A DNA stretch of 64,000 nt from positions 49,637 to 113,636 of the forward strand of contig JBAXNW010000002.1 of assembly GCA_037133555.1 (NCBI GenBank), written 5' to 3'. The first letter of the stretch is position 1. The number at the start of each line of letters is the position of its first letter. Made by a program: the position numbers and the translations under genes. The DNA is from Bacteroidota bacterium. Lineage in GTDB: Bacteria; Bacteroidota; Bacteroidia; Bacteroidales; JACABE01. Below, piece by piece: positions 38,740-49,643 of the stretch. The notes under the pieces are model-generated. The model was not told the DNA's origin, did no database searches, and saw only the letters and a program-made list of their open reading frames with translations.

Positions 38740-41256
38740 TTAAAACTCAATCACCAATTTTAGGTTCAATTGCCTTGGTGTTAAATAATTAGGTACAGCA
38801 TACTGTCGATTATTAATATCGCTTATCCAAATATAGGATATCGTATTACTTATTTGTAATAAGTTAAAAACTTCTATGCTTAGCCAAATCGTCTCTAAGT
38901 TTCTGAAGATATTTTTGGAAGAAAGTTTGGCTGTTTTGCTTTTTAGTAAATAGGAAGACCCAATATCTACTCTTCGATACGCAGGCATTCGAAGTATTTG
39001 ATTGTATCTATCTGAATGAGGAGGTCCAAAAGGCAAACTGGAACCAAAAACCAAATTTAAATGCATTTTAATATTTGGGTTCCGAGGCAAATAATCCTGA
39101 AAAAATAAATTAAAAACAATTCTCTGATCGGTTGGACGAGGAATAAAACCAGGTTCTACCTTGTTTCCATAAATATCTATATAACTGTCATTATCAATAT
39201 TTTCCTGGGTTTGCATGATCGATAAGCTTGCCCATGATTCAATACCTTTTACAAATTCTCCATTTAGCCTAAAATCAATACCTGTTGCATATCCATGTGC
39301 TTCATTTTTAGCAGCATATCTAATCCTCACATTATCAACTTCATAGGGGATTAAATTATTTAGGTATTTATAATATACTTCTGAAATAAATTTGAAAGGA
39401 CGATTCCAAATTGTTATATTCCAATCCATCCCGCCCACAAAATGAAAAGATTGTTGAGACTTAATATTTTTATTCAAATTACCTGCCTGGTCTCTTAATT
39501 CTCTGTAAAAAGGGGACTGATAATACAATCCGGCAGAGAACCTTAATAGGATATCTTTTTCCCATCTGGGTCTATATGAAAAAGTAGCTCTTGGGCTGAC
39601 CAATAATTCTTTATTCAAATCCCAATAGCTAAAACGTATGCCTGCAGTTAACGACAAGCGATTACTATCACCATCAATGGTCCAAGTGTCTTGAAGAAAA
39701 CCAGAGATGCGGTTGGATGATAAATTATTATTGGCTTTGTATACATTTTGTAATTCAGGGGAATAATGAGGAGGATTAGGATTTCCGATAGAATCAGGAT
39801 GATAGGGTAATGAAAAATCTGAAGAATCTATAAGTTTCCATTCATTTAATTTATCAATAATTTGCTCATGTTGATATTTGGCACCCCATTGTAAAAAATG
39901 ATAGTTTTTTTCTACAGAACCCCTATTTTCAAAATTAAAAACATTAGAATTCAAATAATTACGAGCATGATCTATATAAGTTCCAACACCAAGATTAAAA
40001 GCTTCTTGAGCAAAATTTGATTTTCCAAAATCTGCTTCTAATTGCGACAACCAATATTGCCCCTGAATATCAAAAGTTTCGTCTTCATAGGATTGAAAAG
40101 CTGAGATTGTATTTTTAATATTAATCGTATTATCAGGTTTATAGGTCAAAGATAAAGCACCAAAGAATGTTTCAAATTTATCCACTTCCTGACCATCAAA
40201 ATAAATTTTTAATCGTAAAGCCTGGTTAATAGTACCAAAATCAGTTTCTCGATTTTGAGGTACAACGTTGTATATATTTCTCGCATAGTTACCTAAAAAT
40301 GAAAGCTCTAACTTCTCATTTAAATCGTAGGTTAATAATGTTTGAGCATCTGTAAAAGAAGGGCGAAACTCACCTTTTGTCTGCATTGAATTTAAAAGAT
40401 ATTGATTGGATTTTTGCCTCAAGCCAATCAAATAACTAAAGCGGGAATTCAAGGCAGTTCCTTCTAAATGAAGATTAGCGCCTAATAAACTCATAGAAGC
40501 GCTTCCTGCAAAAATTGTTGGTCTTTTGTATTTAATATCCAAGACTGAAGACATTTTGTCACCGTAACGTGCATCAAATCCTCCGGCTGAGAATAGAATA
40601 GAAGATACCATATCTGAATTAACGAAACTCAAGCCTTCTTGCTGGCCGGAACGCACCAATAAAGGACGATATATTTCAATGTCGTTCACATATACTAAGT
40701 TTTCGTCGTAATTGCCACCTCTCACATTGTATTGAGAGCTTAATTCGTTATTGGAGCTTACTCCTGGCATTGTTTTGATTAATGATTCCACGCCACCTGA
40801 AACACTAGGTATTTGAGTTACGTTTTTGGGATCGAGACGCGTAAAATTTGTAGTCCTAACAACTTTATCCTGTATAACAAATTCAGGTAATTGGGTAGTA
40901 ATTTCTTTTAATTTGAAATTGATTTCTTTTGTTTCACCAGGAATTAAAAAAACTTTGATTTTTTGAGATTCAAAACCTGTAAATGAAGCAATAAGAATTA
41001 ACTCAATTTTTGCAGGGATAATTAATGAATATTTTCCGTAGGGAGTGGTTGAAGTCCCTATTGGATTTGAAATATTAAAAACACCAACCGTAGCATACTC
41101 AAGCGAATTATTTCTCTCATCTGACACTCTACCAATAATTTTAGCTTTTTCCTGAGCTGAAACAGTTCCAAGAAAAGAAGTGGAAAATAAACAGAAAATG
41201 AATAGAATCGTATTTTTTTTATTTATCAATGTGATAGGCTTTTTATAATAATTCAT
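38740..41256 (-). CDS. TonB-dependent receptor with N-terminal CarboxypepD_reg-like domain
   Basis: Signal peptide, GRVSDERNNSLEYATV carboxypeptidase-regulatory-like fold, plug region, long barrel and terminal aromatic (VIEF). Start moved to ATG 41256, 4 nt after the upstream stop. Confidence 0.85.
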   Translation of the reverse strand: MNYYKKPITLINKKNTILFIFCLFSTSFLGTVSAQEKAKIIGRVSDERNNSLEYATVGVFNISNPIGTSTTPYGKYSLIIPAKIELILIASFTGFESQKIKVFLIPGETKEINFKLKEITTQLPEFVIQDKVVRTTNFTRLDPKNVTQIPSVSGGVESLIKTMPGVSSNNELSSQYNVRGGNYDENLVYVNDIEIYRPLLVRSGQQEGLSFVNSDMVSSILFSAGGFDARYGDKMSSVLDIKYKRPTIFAGSASMSLLGANLHLEGTALNSRFSYLIGLRQKSNQYLLNSMQTKGEFRPSFTDAQTLLTYDLNEKLELSFLGNYARNIYNVVPQNRETDFGTINQALRLKIYFDGQEVDKFETFFGALSLTYKPDNTINIKNTISAFQSYEDETFDIQGQYWLSQLEADFGKSNFAQEAFNLGVGTYIDHARNYLNSNVFNFENRGSVEKNYHFLQWGAKYQHEQIIDKLNEWKLIDSSDFSLPYHPDSIGNPNPPHYSPELQNVYKANNNLSSNRISGFLQDTWTIDGDSNRLSLTAGIRFSYWDLNKELLVSPRATFSYRPRWEKDILLRFSAGLYYQSPFYRELRDQAGNLNKNIKSQQSFHFVGGMDWNITIWNRPFKFISEVYYKYLNNLIPYEVDNVRIRYAAKNEAHGYATGIDFRLNGEFVKGIESWASLSIMQTQENIDNDSYIDIYGNKVEPGFIPRPTDQRIVFNLFFQDYLPRNPNIKMHLNLVFGSSLPFGPPHSDRYNQILRMPAYRRVDIGSSYLLKSKTAKLSSKNIFRNLETIWLSIEVFNLLQISNTISYIWISDINNRQYAVPNYLTPRQLNLKLVIEF

Positions 41257-41260
41257 CTTT

Positions 41261-41899
41261 CTAATCCTTCTTTTTAAAATCACCATTTTGCCACGCTTTA
41301 ACAAATTGAGCCCAGGCAAAAGGATTTAAAAGATTATTAGGAGGTAATTGACCGGCATAGTATAATTTATTGGTTTGTTCTTCGATATAATTTCTATAAT
41401 TCATACTTCCATCCATTTTATAAGATCTTATCATAATTTTCAGATCTTCTAGCGCCAAATTTTTAATTGCGATATCATAATCATCAGAAGGAACTTTTAA
41501 AGCAATAAAAGCTTGTTTAAATTGCTCGCGCGAGGGCCATGCATATATAATTGTTTCTGCTAACATAATCGTATCTCTTGTAAGAGATTGTATAAAAGAA
41601 TATCTATCTTTTGACAAAGTATCAGGAATTACAAAATAAGCTTTCCTGTATCCAATTGCAGAAAAAACTATTTTATCTCCTTCGAGAGCCGCAAAAGAGA
41701 AAAATCCATTAAAATCAGCAGTAGTCCCTCTATTAAATCCCTTTATTGAAATATTAGCAAAAGGAATAGGTTTTAAACTATCAGAAGTTACTACAACCCC
41801 TGAGAATTGAATTGGTAAATTTATTTTCTGCTGCGCATACGAATCACTGATTATCAATAACAAAACAACTATCATAATAATATCAGCAATTCTTCTCAT
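41261..41899 (-). CDS. secreted CarboxypepD_reg-like domain protein
   Basis: Signal peptide. FSGVVVTSDSLKPIPFANISIKG...GFFSF is typical of the carboxypeptidase regulatory-like fold. Confidence 0.5.
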   Translation of the reverse strand: MRRIADIIMIVVLLLIISDSYAQQKINLPIQFSGVVVTSDSLKPIPFANISIKGFNRGTTADFNGFFSFAALEGDKIVFSAIGYRKAYFVIPDTLSKDRYSFIQSLTRDTIMLAETIIYAWPSREQFKQAFIALKVPSDDYDIAIKNLALEDLKIMIRSYKMDGSMNYRNYIEEQTNKLYYAGQLPPNNLLNPFAWAQFVKAWQNGDFKKKD

Positions 41900-42077
41900 T
41901 TACACGCAAAGATAAAATTTTATTTCAGAATTTCTAAACGATAAAAACACTTTTTTATTTTCAGCTATCACTTATTTCTTATTTCAAATTTACGTTTATA
42001 GCGTAATTGCTTGATAGAGGATTAAAGATTGAGAATGAGAATCGATAGATTGTTCTTAAATTACTGACATTTTATCA

Positions 42078-42117
42078 TAAAAAAAGCTGTCTTAGAACAT
42101 TTTGTTATCAGACAGCT
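42078..42117 (-). terminator. intrinsic terminator after plsY
   Basis: A-run, then AGCTGTCT-16 nt-AGACAGCT. On the minus strand the hairpin is followed by a U-run. Confidence 0.6.
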
Positions 42118-42137
42118 AATTAAAAAAATAAATCTTT

Positions 42138-42782
42138 TTATTCAATATAATCTTTCTTTTTTTTAAGTTTAAATTTATTCTCTGTACCGTTTAGCAATCT
42201 AAGAATATTCTTTTTGTGTGTAAAAGGAATAAAAACAGCAATTAAAATTGAAAATATGATTAAAGAAGGATAATGGACTTTAAATAAAAATGCACAAATA
42301 AAAGGGAATGCAACAGCAGTGGTGATAGAAGAAAGTGATACATAACCTGATGCAATTAAAACAAAAAAGAAAACACCTACTAACATAAAAAATGAAGAGG
42401 GATACAATGCAATTATAACGCCCACAAGTGTTGCTACACCTTTCCCCCCTTTAAAGCCAACATAGATTGGGAAAATATGACCGACAACAGCTACCAATGC
42501 AAGTAAAAGTTTTAGATTAACAACTTGTTCGGGAATATAAAAGTCAGGAGCAAAGAAATTTCCTAAAAAAACAGCCAACCATCCTTTAAAAACATCTAAA
42601 AACAAAACGACTAATCCTTGTTTTGCGCCTAAAACTCTAATGGTGTTAGTAGCACCTGCATTACCACTTCCTTGGGTTCGTACATCAACACCAAAAAAAA
42701 CTCTTCCAATCCAAACTGATGTGGCGATAGAACCAATTAAATAAGCAGTAATTACACCAATAATAACACTATATGTAATCAT
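42138..42782 (-). CDS. plsY: glycerol-3-phosphate acyltransferase PlsY
   Basis: GSGNAGATN and FKGGKGVAT motifs in a polytopic membrane protein. ATG 42782 preferred over the upstream TTG. Confidence 0.9.
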   Translation of the reverse strand: MITYSVIIGVITAYLIGSIATSVWIGRVFFGVDVRTQGSGNAGATNTIRVLGAKQGLVVLFLDVFKGWLAVFLGNFFAPDFYIPEQVVNLKLLLALVAVVGHIFPIYVGFKGGKGVATLVGVIIALYPSSFFMLVGVFFFVLIASGYVSLSSITTAVAFPFICAFLFKVHYPSLIIFSILIAVFIPFTHKKNILRLLNGTENKFKLKKKKDYIE

Positions 42783-42937
42783 TAAATAATGGTTAAAAAT
42801 GAATTGCAAAGTTACGCTTTAAAAACAGACAAAATTTATATTTTATATTTATTTACCAACACAGAATTTATATAAGATTGTTTAGTAATAACTTATACGA
42901 ATATTTTAATTTATAAAAAATGTTAAATAACTGAAAC

Positions 42938-43570
42938 TCAAATATTTTCCAGAATATAATGCAATTCACTAACAATCATAGCAGTAGCTCCCCAAACTTT
43001 GTTATTATTAAAATTATAACAAGGAGCTTTAATTTTTTTATTCCCTGCTCCTATAAATTCATTTTCACTAATACTTTCGGAAGCCAAAATTTCATTTATG
43101 TTAACTTCAATGATTTTTTTAACTTCCTTATTATTAAGTATAAACGAAGGGGCTACTGGCATATACGCTACTACTGGTAAAACTAAAAAATTACTATGTG
43201 AAATAAATAATTCTGACAAATGACCTAATACTTCCACTGATGAAATATCAATGCCAACTTCTTCATTTGCTTCTCTAAGGGCAGTTTGAATTAAAGTAAT
43301 ATCTTCCTTTTCAAACTTACCACCCGGAAAAGCAATTTGGCCACTATGTACTCCATCATAATCCTGACGTTGAATAAAAACTGTATACAAATCATTTTCT
43401 TTTGGGTACAACAATATCAGCACACCACTTTGTTTAGTGGAAGCATTTATTGTATAATCCAAAGGAGACAATAATCTCACTAAAGGCATCATCCTTTGAT
43501 GGGCCTTTTTGGAAGGCAAATCCTTTGCCAATTCCAATTTTAAATCTGTTATAAACTTGTTAATAAACAT
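42938..43570 (-). CDS. NUDIX hydrolase (CoA pyrophosphatase-like)
   Basis: Nudix box GGKFEKEDITLIQTALREANEEVGI. Confidence 0.7.
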   Translation of the reverse strand: MFINKFITDLKLELAKDLPSKKAHQRMMPLVRLLSPLDYTINASTKQSGVLILLYPKENDLYTVFIQRQDYDGVHSGQIAFPGGKFEKEDITLIQTALREANEEVGIDISSVEVLGHLSELFISHSNFLVLPVVAYMPVAPSFILNNKEVKKIIEVNINEILASESISENEFIGAGNKKIKAPCYNFNNNKVWGATAMIVSELHYILENI

Positions 43571-43626
43571 GTTGATAAAAATAACAAAATAAAATCAAAA
43601 AAGTCGCAAATTCAAAAAAATATTAA

Positions 43627-43634
43627 TAATTTTG
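43627..43634 (+). promoter_or_regulatory. Bacteroidota -7 promoter box TAATTTTG
   Basis: Exact TAnnTTTG 30 nt upstream of ATG 43664. Confidence 0.45.
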
Positions 43635-43663
43635 TCATTTATTATTAACTTAAAATCAAAAAA

Positions 43664-44137
43664 ATGAAAAACCTTATTAAATTAGGATTAGTATTATTAG
43701 TAGTTGTTTCAATGGGTGCTTGTAAAAGTGGTGGAAAACCAGAAACTGTTGCAAAAGAATTTTTAACTGCTCTTAACAAAATGGATTATGACAAAGCTAA
43801 AACTTTTGGAACCGAAGAAACCGGCAAAATGGTTGATATGATGAAATCTTTTTCAGCAATGGGAGGTGATGAAGCTAAAATGGCAGAAGCCAAGAAAAAA
43901 ACTGAAAAAGCTGAAATTGAAATTTTAAAAACTGAGATGACAAATGACACCGTTGCAGTATGTCAGTATAAAGTAAGCGGTATTGAAGGTCAAGACCCAA
44001 AAGAAGACAAAATTGACCTCGTAAAAAGAGGTGATAAATGGTTAGTAAACTGGAAAAAAGAAGGAATGGGTGGAGAACCAACTGCACAGCCTGCTGATTC
44101 TACTGCAGTTGATACAACCACCGTTGTAGCTAAATAA
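43664..44137 (+). CDS. lipoprotein (DUF4878-like)
   Basis: Lipobox VSMGAC. Small secreted alpha+beta protein with a Thr/Ala-rich tail. Confidence 0.45.
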   Translation: MKNLIKLGLVLLVVVSMGACKSGGKPETVAKEFLTALNKMDYDKAKTFGTEETGKMVDMMKSFSAMGGDEAKMAEAKKKTEKAEIEILKTEMTNDTVAVCQYKVSGIEGQDPKEDKIDLVKRGDKWLVNWKKEGMGGEPTAQPADSTAVDTTTVVAK

Positions 44138-44161
44138 TTTAAATTTACATAAATAATTACA

Positions 44162-44821
44162 TTGAAAAAAATCATTCTTATTTCTTTGCTAATTATTGTA
44201 ATATTTTGTTTGTTCCTGTTTGCGTATAATTTTCATACCGAACAGGAACATTCTTTTTCTAGATATGAACTTTCAAAAAATGAATTGAGTTTATTGCATA
44301 ATGGTGACATTATCCTTAGGCATGGTTATGGAATGGCAAGTGATATTATTGTAAATACATTAAATGAAAAATACGACATTTCTCATTGTGCAATTATTTG
44401 CAAAGAAAGCAATCAAATAAATGTTATTCATAGCGTTTCTCAATCGCTTTCTGATTTTGACGGTGTACAAACTCAATCAATCAATAGATTTATCAAAGAT
44501 AGTAAAGAAAATTCTGTCATTGTAGTTAGATATAAAAACCCAACACATACTGATAACAAGCTTATTACTGAAAGAGCGAAATATTATCTTTCAAAAAAAA
44601 TTCCATTTGACAATGATTTCAATATTAAAGATTCAACTCATATGTTTTGTACTGAATTAATCTGGAGAACAATTAAAGATGAATATGGGGTTGATCTATT
44701 TAAAAATCAACTGAATGATGAAAATAAAAAGAATCAGTATAAATTTCATACGTTATGGGATACAACTCAATTTGAAATAATACTGAACCATCAATTAAGG
44801 AAACAAAAGAAACAATCTTAA
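44162..44821 (+). CDS. YiiX-family permuted papain-like enzyme
   Basis: N-terminal anchor. His before Cys (DISHCAII ... MFCTELIW), as in permuted NlpC/P60-like YiiX proteins. TTG start. Confidence 0.55.
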   Translation: MKKIILISLLIIVIFCLFLFAYNFHTEQEHSFSRYELSKNELSLLHNGDIILRHGYGMASDIIVNTLNEKYDISHCAIICKESNQINVIHSVSQSLSDFDGVQTQSINRFIKDSKENSVIVVRYKNPTHTDNKLITERAKYYLSKKIPFDNDFNIKDSTHMFCTELIWRTIKDEYGVDLFKNQLNDENKKNQYKFHTLWDTTQFEIILNHQLRKQKKQS

Positions 44822-44863
44822 GATTATCCTTATTTTCTGATGTTTAAACTAATAATTTAAGTA

Positions 44864-45136
44864 ATGGTAAAAGAAAAAAACAGAATCTCCGACAAAACTG
44901 ATGAAGTATTAAGTAATATTAAGGAAATCATCTTATTTAATGATGATTTTAATACTTTCGATTTTGTAATTGACACTTTGATTGAACTTTGCGAGCATGA
45001 GCCAGAACAAGCAGAACAATGTGCCATGATAGTGCATTATAAAGGGAAATGTTCTGTTATGTCAGGTGCTTATACTGAATTAAAACCTATTTGCATTGAA
45101 ATGTCAAACAGAAATCTTACTGTTGAAATAAAATAG
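44864..45136 (+). CDS. clpS: ATP-dependent Clp protease adaptor ClpS
   Basis: LFNDDFNTFDFVIDTL...EQAEQCAMIVHYKGKC is the ClpS core. Confidence 0.9.
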   Translation: MVKEKNRISDKTDEVLSNIKEIILFNDDFNTFDFVIDTLIELCEHEPEQAEQCAMIVHYKGKCSVMSGAYTELKPICIEMSNRNLTVEIK

Positions 45137-45209
45137 ATAAATACTTAGAATTAGCAAATTTAAACTAAAATATTGTCAACTTATTCATTAACAAATCGAT
45201 AGACCTTCT

Positions 45210-46046
45210 ATGAGTGAAAGTTTATTTACAATATCTATTGTAGGTCTTTTTGCTGGTTTCCTTTTTTCGATGCCAATTGCAGGGCCTATAAGTATCTTAA
45301 TTACTTCTAACGCACTGAAAGGCAAAATGAGATATTGTGTTTTAGCTACTGTTGGAGCTTCTTTTGCCGATTTTATATATGTATTTATTGCAGTTTTTGG
45401 TTTAACAAAACTTTATTCACTTTACAAACCTATCATTCCCTATATATTATTAATTGGAACTGTTTTTTTACTTTATATCGGATTCAAAATTGCTAGAACC
45501 AAACTCAATCTGGAATATATTGAGAAGACAACTGAAATTTTAAAAAATAATAAAAAAGAAAGAGGTGGATTTTGGACTGGCTTTATGCTTAATTTTCTTA
45601 ACCCTACCCTATTTATTGGTTGGTTGACATCTTCTTTTTTTGTAATTTCAATGGTCTCATCATTGGGTTTTAACACAGGTGGCTTAGACAGCATGATTGA
45701 TCAAAATGTACAGCAAATCAACAGCATCGAAGGAAATACGATAGATACTCAAAAAACAATTGCCTATTTCCAAATAGATACTCTTAAAAATGCCTTACAG
45801 CAAAAAGATCACAAAAAAGAGAATGCCAAATTACCTAATTACTTCCCTTTATTAATAAGTATTTTTTATGCTTTTTTTTTAGCTATAGGAAGTATTATAT
45901 GGTTTTACAATTTAGCTTATTTCCTGGTAAAATTCAGATACAGACTTAATATAAATATAATGAATCGTATTATTCAAAGCTTAGGGTTTGCACTTTGTTT
46001 TTTTGGTATATTTTTAGGCTATTTGGCTATAAGAATTTTGATATGA
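45210..46046 (+). CDS. LysE-family-like membrane translocator with a central hydrophilic insert
   Basis: N-terminal G.LFSMPIAGPI and FLNP motifs and several TM helices. 278 aa is longer than is usual for the family. Confidence 0.5.
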   Translation: MSESLFTISIVGLFAGFLFSMPIAGPISILITSNALKGKMRYCVLATVGASFADFIYVFIAVFGLTKLYSLYKPIIPYILLIGTVFLLYIGFKIARTKLNLEYIEKTTEILKNNKKERGGFWTGFMLNFLNPTLFIGWLTSSFFVISMVSSLGFNTGGLDSMIDQNVQQINSIEGNTIDTQKTIAYFQIDTLKNALQQKDHKKENAKLPNYFPLLISIFYAFFLAIGSIIWFYNLAYFLVKFRYRLNINIMNRIIQSLGFALCFFGIFLGYLAIRILI

Positions 46047-46269
46047 TACAATTAATAATGAATATGAAAACGATTTGAATAATTATAATTAAAATAATTA
46101 ATAAAAGTATATATTTTTTTCATTCTAAAATATTAATTATCATATCTTTATGAAAAAACAACTCTAATCGACTTCATTAATACATTTAGTGATTTTTATT
46201 ATTTCATTTTACTAAATTGATATGTTTATCTTAAACGCAATTTTAAGTAAAATAAGACGTTATAAAACT

Positions 46270-47676
46270 ATGCAGAAATTAATCTTAGCTATCTTAGTAT
46301 TTTTTACTTTATCGTTTGGGCTGCGTTCGCAAAACACAAATATCATTGGCAACGTTTCTGGTGCCGAAGGATTAAAAATTAGATTAATTACAACTTCCGA
46401 TTATATTTCTGAACTTACAACTAAAATGGATGAAACTACCATCGATTCATTGGGAAATTTCAAACTCAAAACATCCATTAATGAAAGTATTTTTGCTCAA
46501 ATTCAAATTGATAATTATAAAGGTGAAATTTATCTTGAACCTGGCAGAAACTATAACATCCGAATTCTTGCTTTGAATTTTAAAGAAGATGAAAAGGAAA
46601 GTCCTTTTTTAAACAGAAAAAGGCTAGAAATTGAATTTAAAATTAAAGATAGCATTGAATTAAATGAGCAAATCAGAAAATTTAATGTCTTATACAACGA
46701 TTTTATAATTGAAAATTTTAAAGCGCTTAACAGTTATCATAACAGAGCAAAAATTGATTCTTTTCAGCAAAATTCAGCTAGCTTATTTTCAAGTTCAAAA
46801 AATTCATTTTTAAACAATTACATAAAATACAAAATTGCTGGAATGGAACAAATGGGTCGTACGAAGAGCATTCCAAAACTTTATTCAGCTTTCATCAAAA
46901 ATCAGCCGATTTTATATAACAATGTGGAATACATGTATTTCTTTAATCAGTTTTATGGGAATTTTTTCTTAAGCGGTCGCCATCAATTAAGTTCTGAGAA
47001 TTTAAGCCAATTTATTAAAGAAAAAAATTATGCTGGCCTTCTTGATTCATTGGGTAGAGATAGTTTGGTGAAAAATGAAGTAGTAAGAGAGCTGGTCTTT
47101 TTAATGGGTTTAAAAGAAATGTTTTATTCAAAAGTTTACAATAACGAAAATATTATCAGCACACTTACTGCATATTCACGTAAAACAAAATTCAAAGAGA
47201 ACAAGTTCATTGCTTCTAATTTGATTCTTTTGTTTAACTCACAACAAACCGGCAACAAAGCACCTGATTTCAAACTAAAAACGATTAATAACGAACCCTA
47301 TTCGTTGTCTACTTTTAAAGGGAAATATACTTATATTGGATTCTTTACTACTTGGTGTGCTGGTTGTATGGCTGAAAATGATGCTATGTTTATTTTAAAA
47401 AAGAAATATGGTGATAAAATTAATTTTGTTTCGATATCAGCCGATAAACAAGTTTTAAATCTTTATTATTACCTTGAAAAACATAAATACGATTGGATTT
47501 TCCTACATTACGGAAACAATATTGAAATTCTCGAAAAATTTGGTATTCTCACTTATCCTGTTTTTGTTTTGATGGATCCCAATGGAATAGTAATCAATAA
47601 TCCTGCTCTAAAACCAAGTGAAAATATTGAAGATGAATTTAATAGCTTGTTAAATAAAATGAATACAAAACCTTAA
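46270..47676 (+). CDS. thioredoxin-fold (TlpA/AhpC-TSA-like) protein with large N-terminal domain
   Basis: Signal peptide after ATG 46270. The C-terminal domain has the redox motif FTTWCAGC. Confidence 0.7.
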   Translation: MQKLILAILVFFTLSFGLRSQNTNIIGNVSGAEGLKIRLITTSDYISELTTKMDETTIDSLGNFKLKTSINESIFAQIQIDNYKGEIYLEPGRNYNIRILALNFKEDEKESPFLNRKRLEIEFKIKDSIELNEQIRKFNVLYNDFIIENFKALNSYHNRAKIDSFQQNSASLFSSSKNSFLNNYIKYKIAGMEQMGRTKSIPKLYSAFIKNQPILYNNVEYMYFFNQFYGNFFLSGRHQLSSENLSQFIKEKNYAGLLDSLGRDSLVKNEVVRELVFLMGLKEMFYSKVYNNENIISTLTAYSRKTKFKENKFIASNLILLFNSQQTGNKAPDFKLKTINNEPYSLSTFKGKYTYIGFFTTWCAGCMAENDAMFILKKKYGDKINFVSISADKQVLNLYYYLEKHKYDWIFLHYGNNIEILEKFGILTYPVFVLMDPNGIVINNPALKPSENIEDEFNSLLNKMNTKP

Positions 47677-47695
47677 AGTTAATTCCTATTTTGAG

Positions 47696-47718
47696 TAGAA
47701 GAAGATTCTTCTATTTAT
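47696..47718 (+). terminator. weak intrinsic terminator
   Basis: TAGAAGAAGATTCTTCTA hairpin followed by TTTATT. Confidence 0.4.
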
Positions 47719-47779
47719 TCTCTTCATTTCAAATAGCTGAAAGAAATCAAAATAATACTTTTTACAAAAAGCAGAATAT

Positions 47780-48829
47780 TTAGATCTTTACGATTTTCTT
47801 GGTAAGTACTTTATTGCCAAAAATAAATCTGAGATAATAAATTCCAGGAGTCAAACTATAAGTAAGAGCGCTGATTTCAGTTTTATGCATACCTGCTGAC
47901 TGGGTCTGAGTGCTTAATACTTTGCCGCTATGTTTACCTGAAATATCAAATAAATCGATAGAAACAGCTAGTTCTTTAGCCAGAAAATAGCTAAAACTGA
48001 ATTTTTCAGTAAACGGATTCGGGAAAAGAATAACTGAAACATCTGATTGGTCATATCCTTGTGCATCATTTAAACCTAAAAGAGAAGGATTGTCAATTTG
48101 CTGAATATTGTAAACAGAGGCTGAACGTTTAGTAATCGGAATCATTCCACCTGTCTGGGTTTCTGAGATATTTATATTCATCAGAGGGTAACGGTAACCA
48201 GGAGCATACCATAAGTAATGAACAATGCTTAATTCGGAACTACTGCACATATTGTTTTCTATCCATTTTTTAGTAGTTTTAACCCTAAGTGCATTTTTAA
48301 TCATCAATCCTGGAAGCATCAAAGTACCGAAAGCATCTGCTTCAACTGTATAATCGCCCATAAAATTATTCATTTGGCTGCCATTGATAACTGTATATCC
48401 TGAATAAGTATCAGCAATCTGATCTCCAAATGAAAAGGGATACTTCATTTTTTGAATGGGATTAGTATAATACATAGCAATGGTTTTATCATGATTCAGA
48501 TAGCCCTTTTCTTCAAATCCGTTTTCTGTAAAATTAAAAAAGAATTCATTTCCATTTTCATTAAGAACAAGGTTGTACTCACTAAAACCATTCTTGCTTT
48601 TTGAAACGTTTTCGCTTATAGAAGCCGAAATATTCGTTCCGGTAAATTGAATTTTTGAAAAATCCCATACCAGGTTTACACCTGAATTTCCTGGATCAAC
48701 AAACTGAATTTCGCGAAACGAAGTGGAAGTTGTAGCTTTCAGTGCATTGTTTTTATAGGTCAAAGCAGATTGTGAGAACAAACTCACTATGGATAAGGTA
48801 AATATAAATGTAAGTCCAATTTTAGTCAT
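47780..48829 (-). CDS. T9SS type A sorting-domain-containing secreted protein
   Basis: Signal peptide. C-terminal about 80 aa (LFPNPFTEKFSFSY...GIYYLRF...KIVKI) matches the Por secretion tail pattern. Confidence 0.75.
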   Translation of the reverse strand: MTKIGLTFIFTLSIVSLFSQSALTYKNNALKATTSTSFREIQFVDPGNSGVNLVWDFSKIQFTGTNISASISENVSKSKNGFSEYNLVLNENGNEFFFNFTENGFEEKGYLNHDKTIAMYYTNPIQKMKYPFSFGDQIADTYSGYTVINGSQMNNFMGDYTVEADAFGTLMLPGLMIKNALRVKTTKKWIENNMCSSSELSIVHYLWYAPGYRYPLMNINISETQTGGMIPITKRSASVYNIQQIDNPSLLGLNDAQGYDQSDVSVILFPNPFTEKFSFSYFLAKELAVSIDLFDISGKHSGKVLSTQTQSAGMHKTEISALTYSLTPGIYYLRFIFGNKVLTKKIVKI

Positions 48830-49015
48830 ATAATTTTATTTTTAGCAAATATAGTTGTATTTTTCATATCTGTATTTTTATTATCATTTATTAACAAAAA
48901 AATTAGCTAGAATACTTAGGTTTAAAGTAAAATCAATTAAAAATCCGCTCAGTTTTTCCGAAATAAATCTAAAAATCAATCAAAAAGATATCGAACTTTA
49001 GTAATTATAAAAATA

Positions 49016-49636
49016 TCAGGTTTTAAAATAGCTGAAAATCAATCCACTGATCGAAGGATAAGTGTTTTCCATTTTTTCAGGAATTTCTTCTTGCTTAAGC
49101 CAAACTGCTTTTGTAATATTTTCTTTCGATTGTGGCTGAAGTTCTTTACTACTCATAGTTTTCATTAAAAACCAATAACAATGTTTTATGATTTTTTTAT
49201 TCTTTTCTGTATAAATATGGTAAGTGTCAGGTAGCTTTTTTACTATATCTAAGCTGTCAATTCCCGTTTCTTCTTCAATTTCACGTTTTGCACAGGCTTG
49301 TATCGTTTCACCTTTATCTAATTTACCTTTTGGCAAATCCCACTTCTCAAGTCGTAAAATAAAAAGATATTCATCTTTTGAATTGTAAACTAAGCCACCT
49401 CCAGCCTTGATTTCGACATACTGAGATTTGAAATAAGAAAATACTTCTGTTAAATTTTCAGGGCAATAGATATACAAATTCCGCGTTATTTTTTGCGCTG
49501 TGAATTCATCAATTTCAGCCAACAAAGCACGCTTTGACTGATACTGATACATTTCAACATCTTCGTTATCAAATAAATGAGTGTTAAAACTTTTTACAAA
49601 ATGTATTGATTGATTATTTACAAAAACTTTGTACAT
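49016..49636 (-). CDS. NUDIX hydrolase
   Basis: Nudix box GKLDKGETIQACAKREIEEETGI. Confidence 0.8.
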   Translation of the reverse strand: MYKVFVNNQSIHFVKSFNTHLFDNEDVEMYQYQSKRALLAEIDEFTAQKITRNLYIYCPENLTEVFSYFKSQYVEIKAGGGLVYNSKDEYLFILRLEKWDLPKGKLDKGETIQACAKREIEEETGIDSLDIVKKLPDTYHIYTEKNKKIIKHCYWFLMKTMSSKELQPQSKENITKAVWLKQEEIPEKMENTYPSISGLIFSYFKT

Positions 49637-49639
49637 TTG
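49632..49639 (+). promoter_or_regulatory. candidate -7 box TACATTTG directly in front of pyrE
   Basis: Exact TAnnTTTG ending 5 nt before ATG 49644. Confidence 0.35.
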
Positions 49640-49643
49640 CAGT

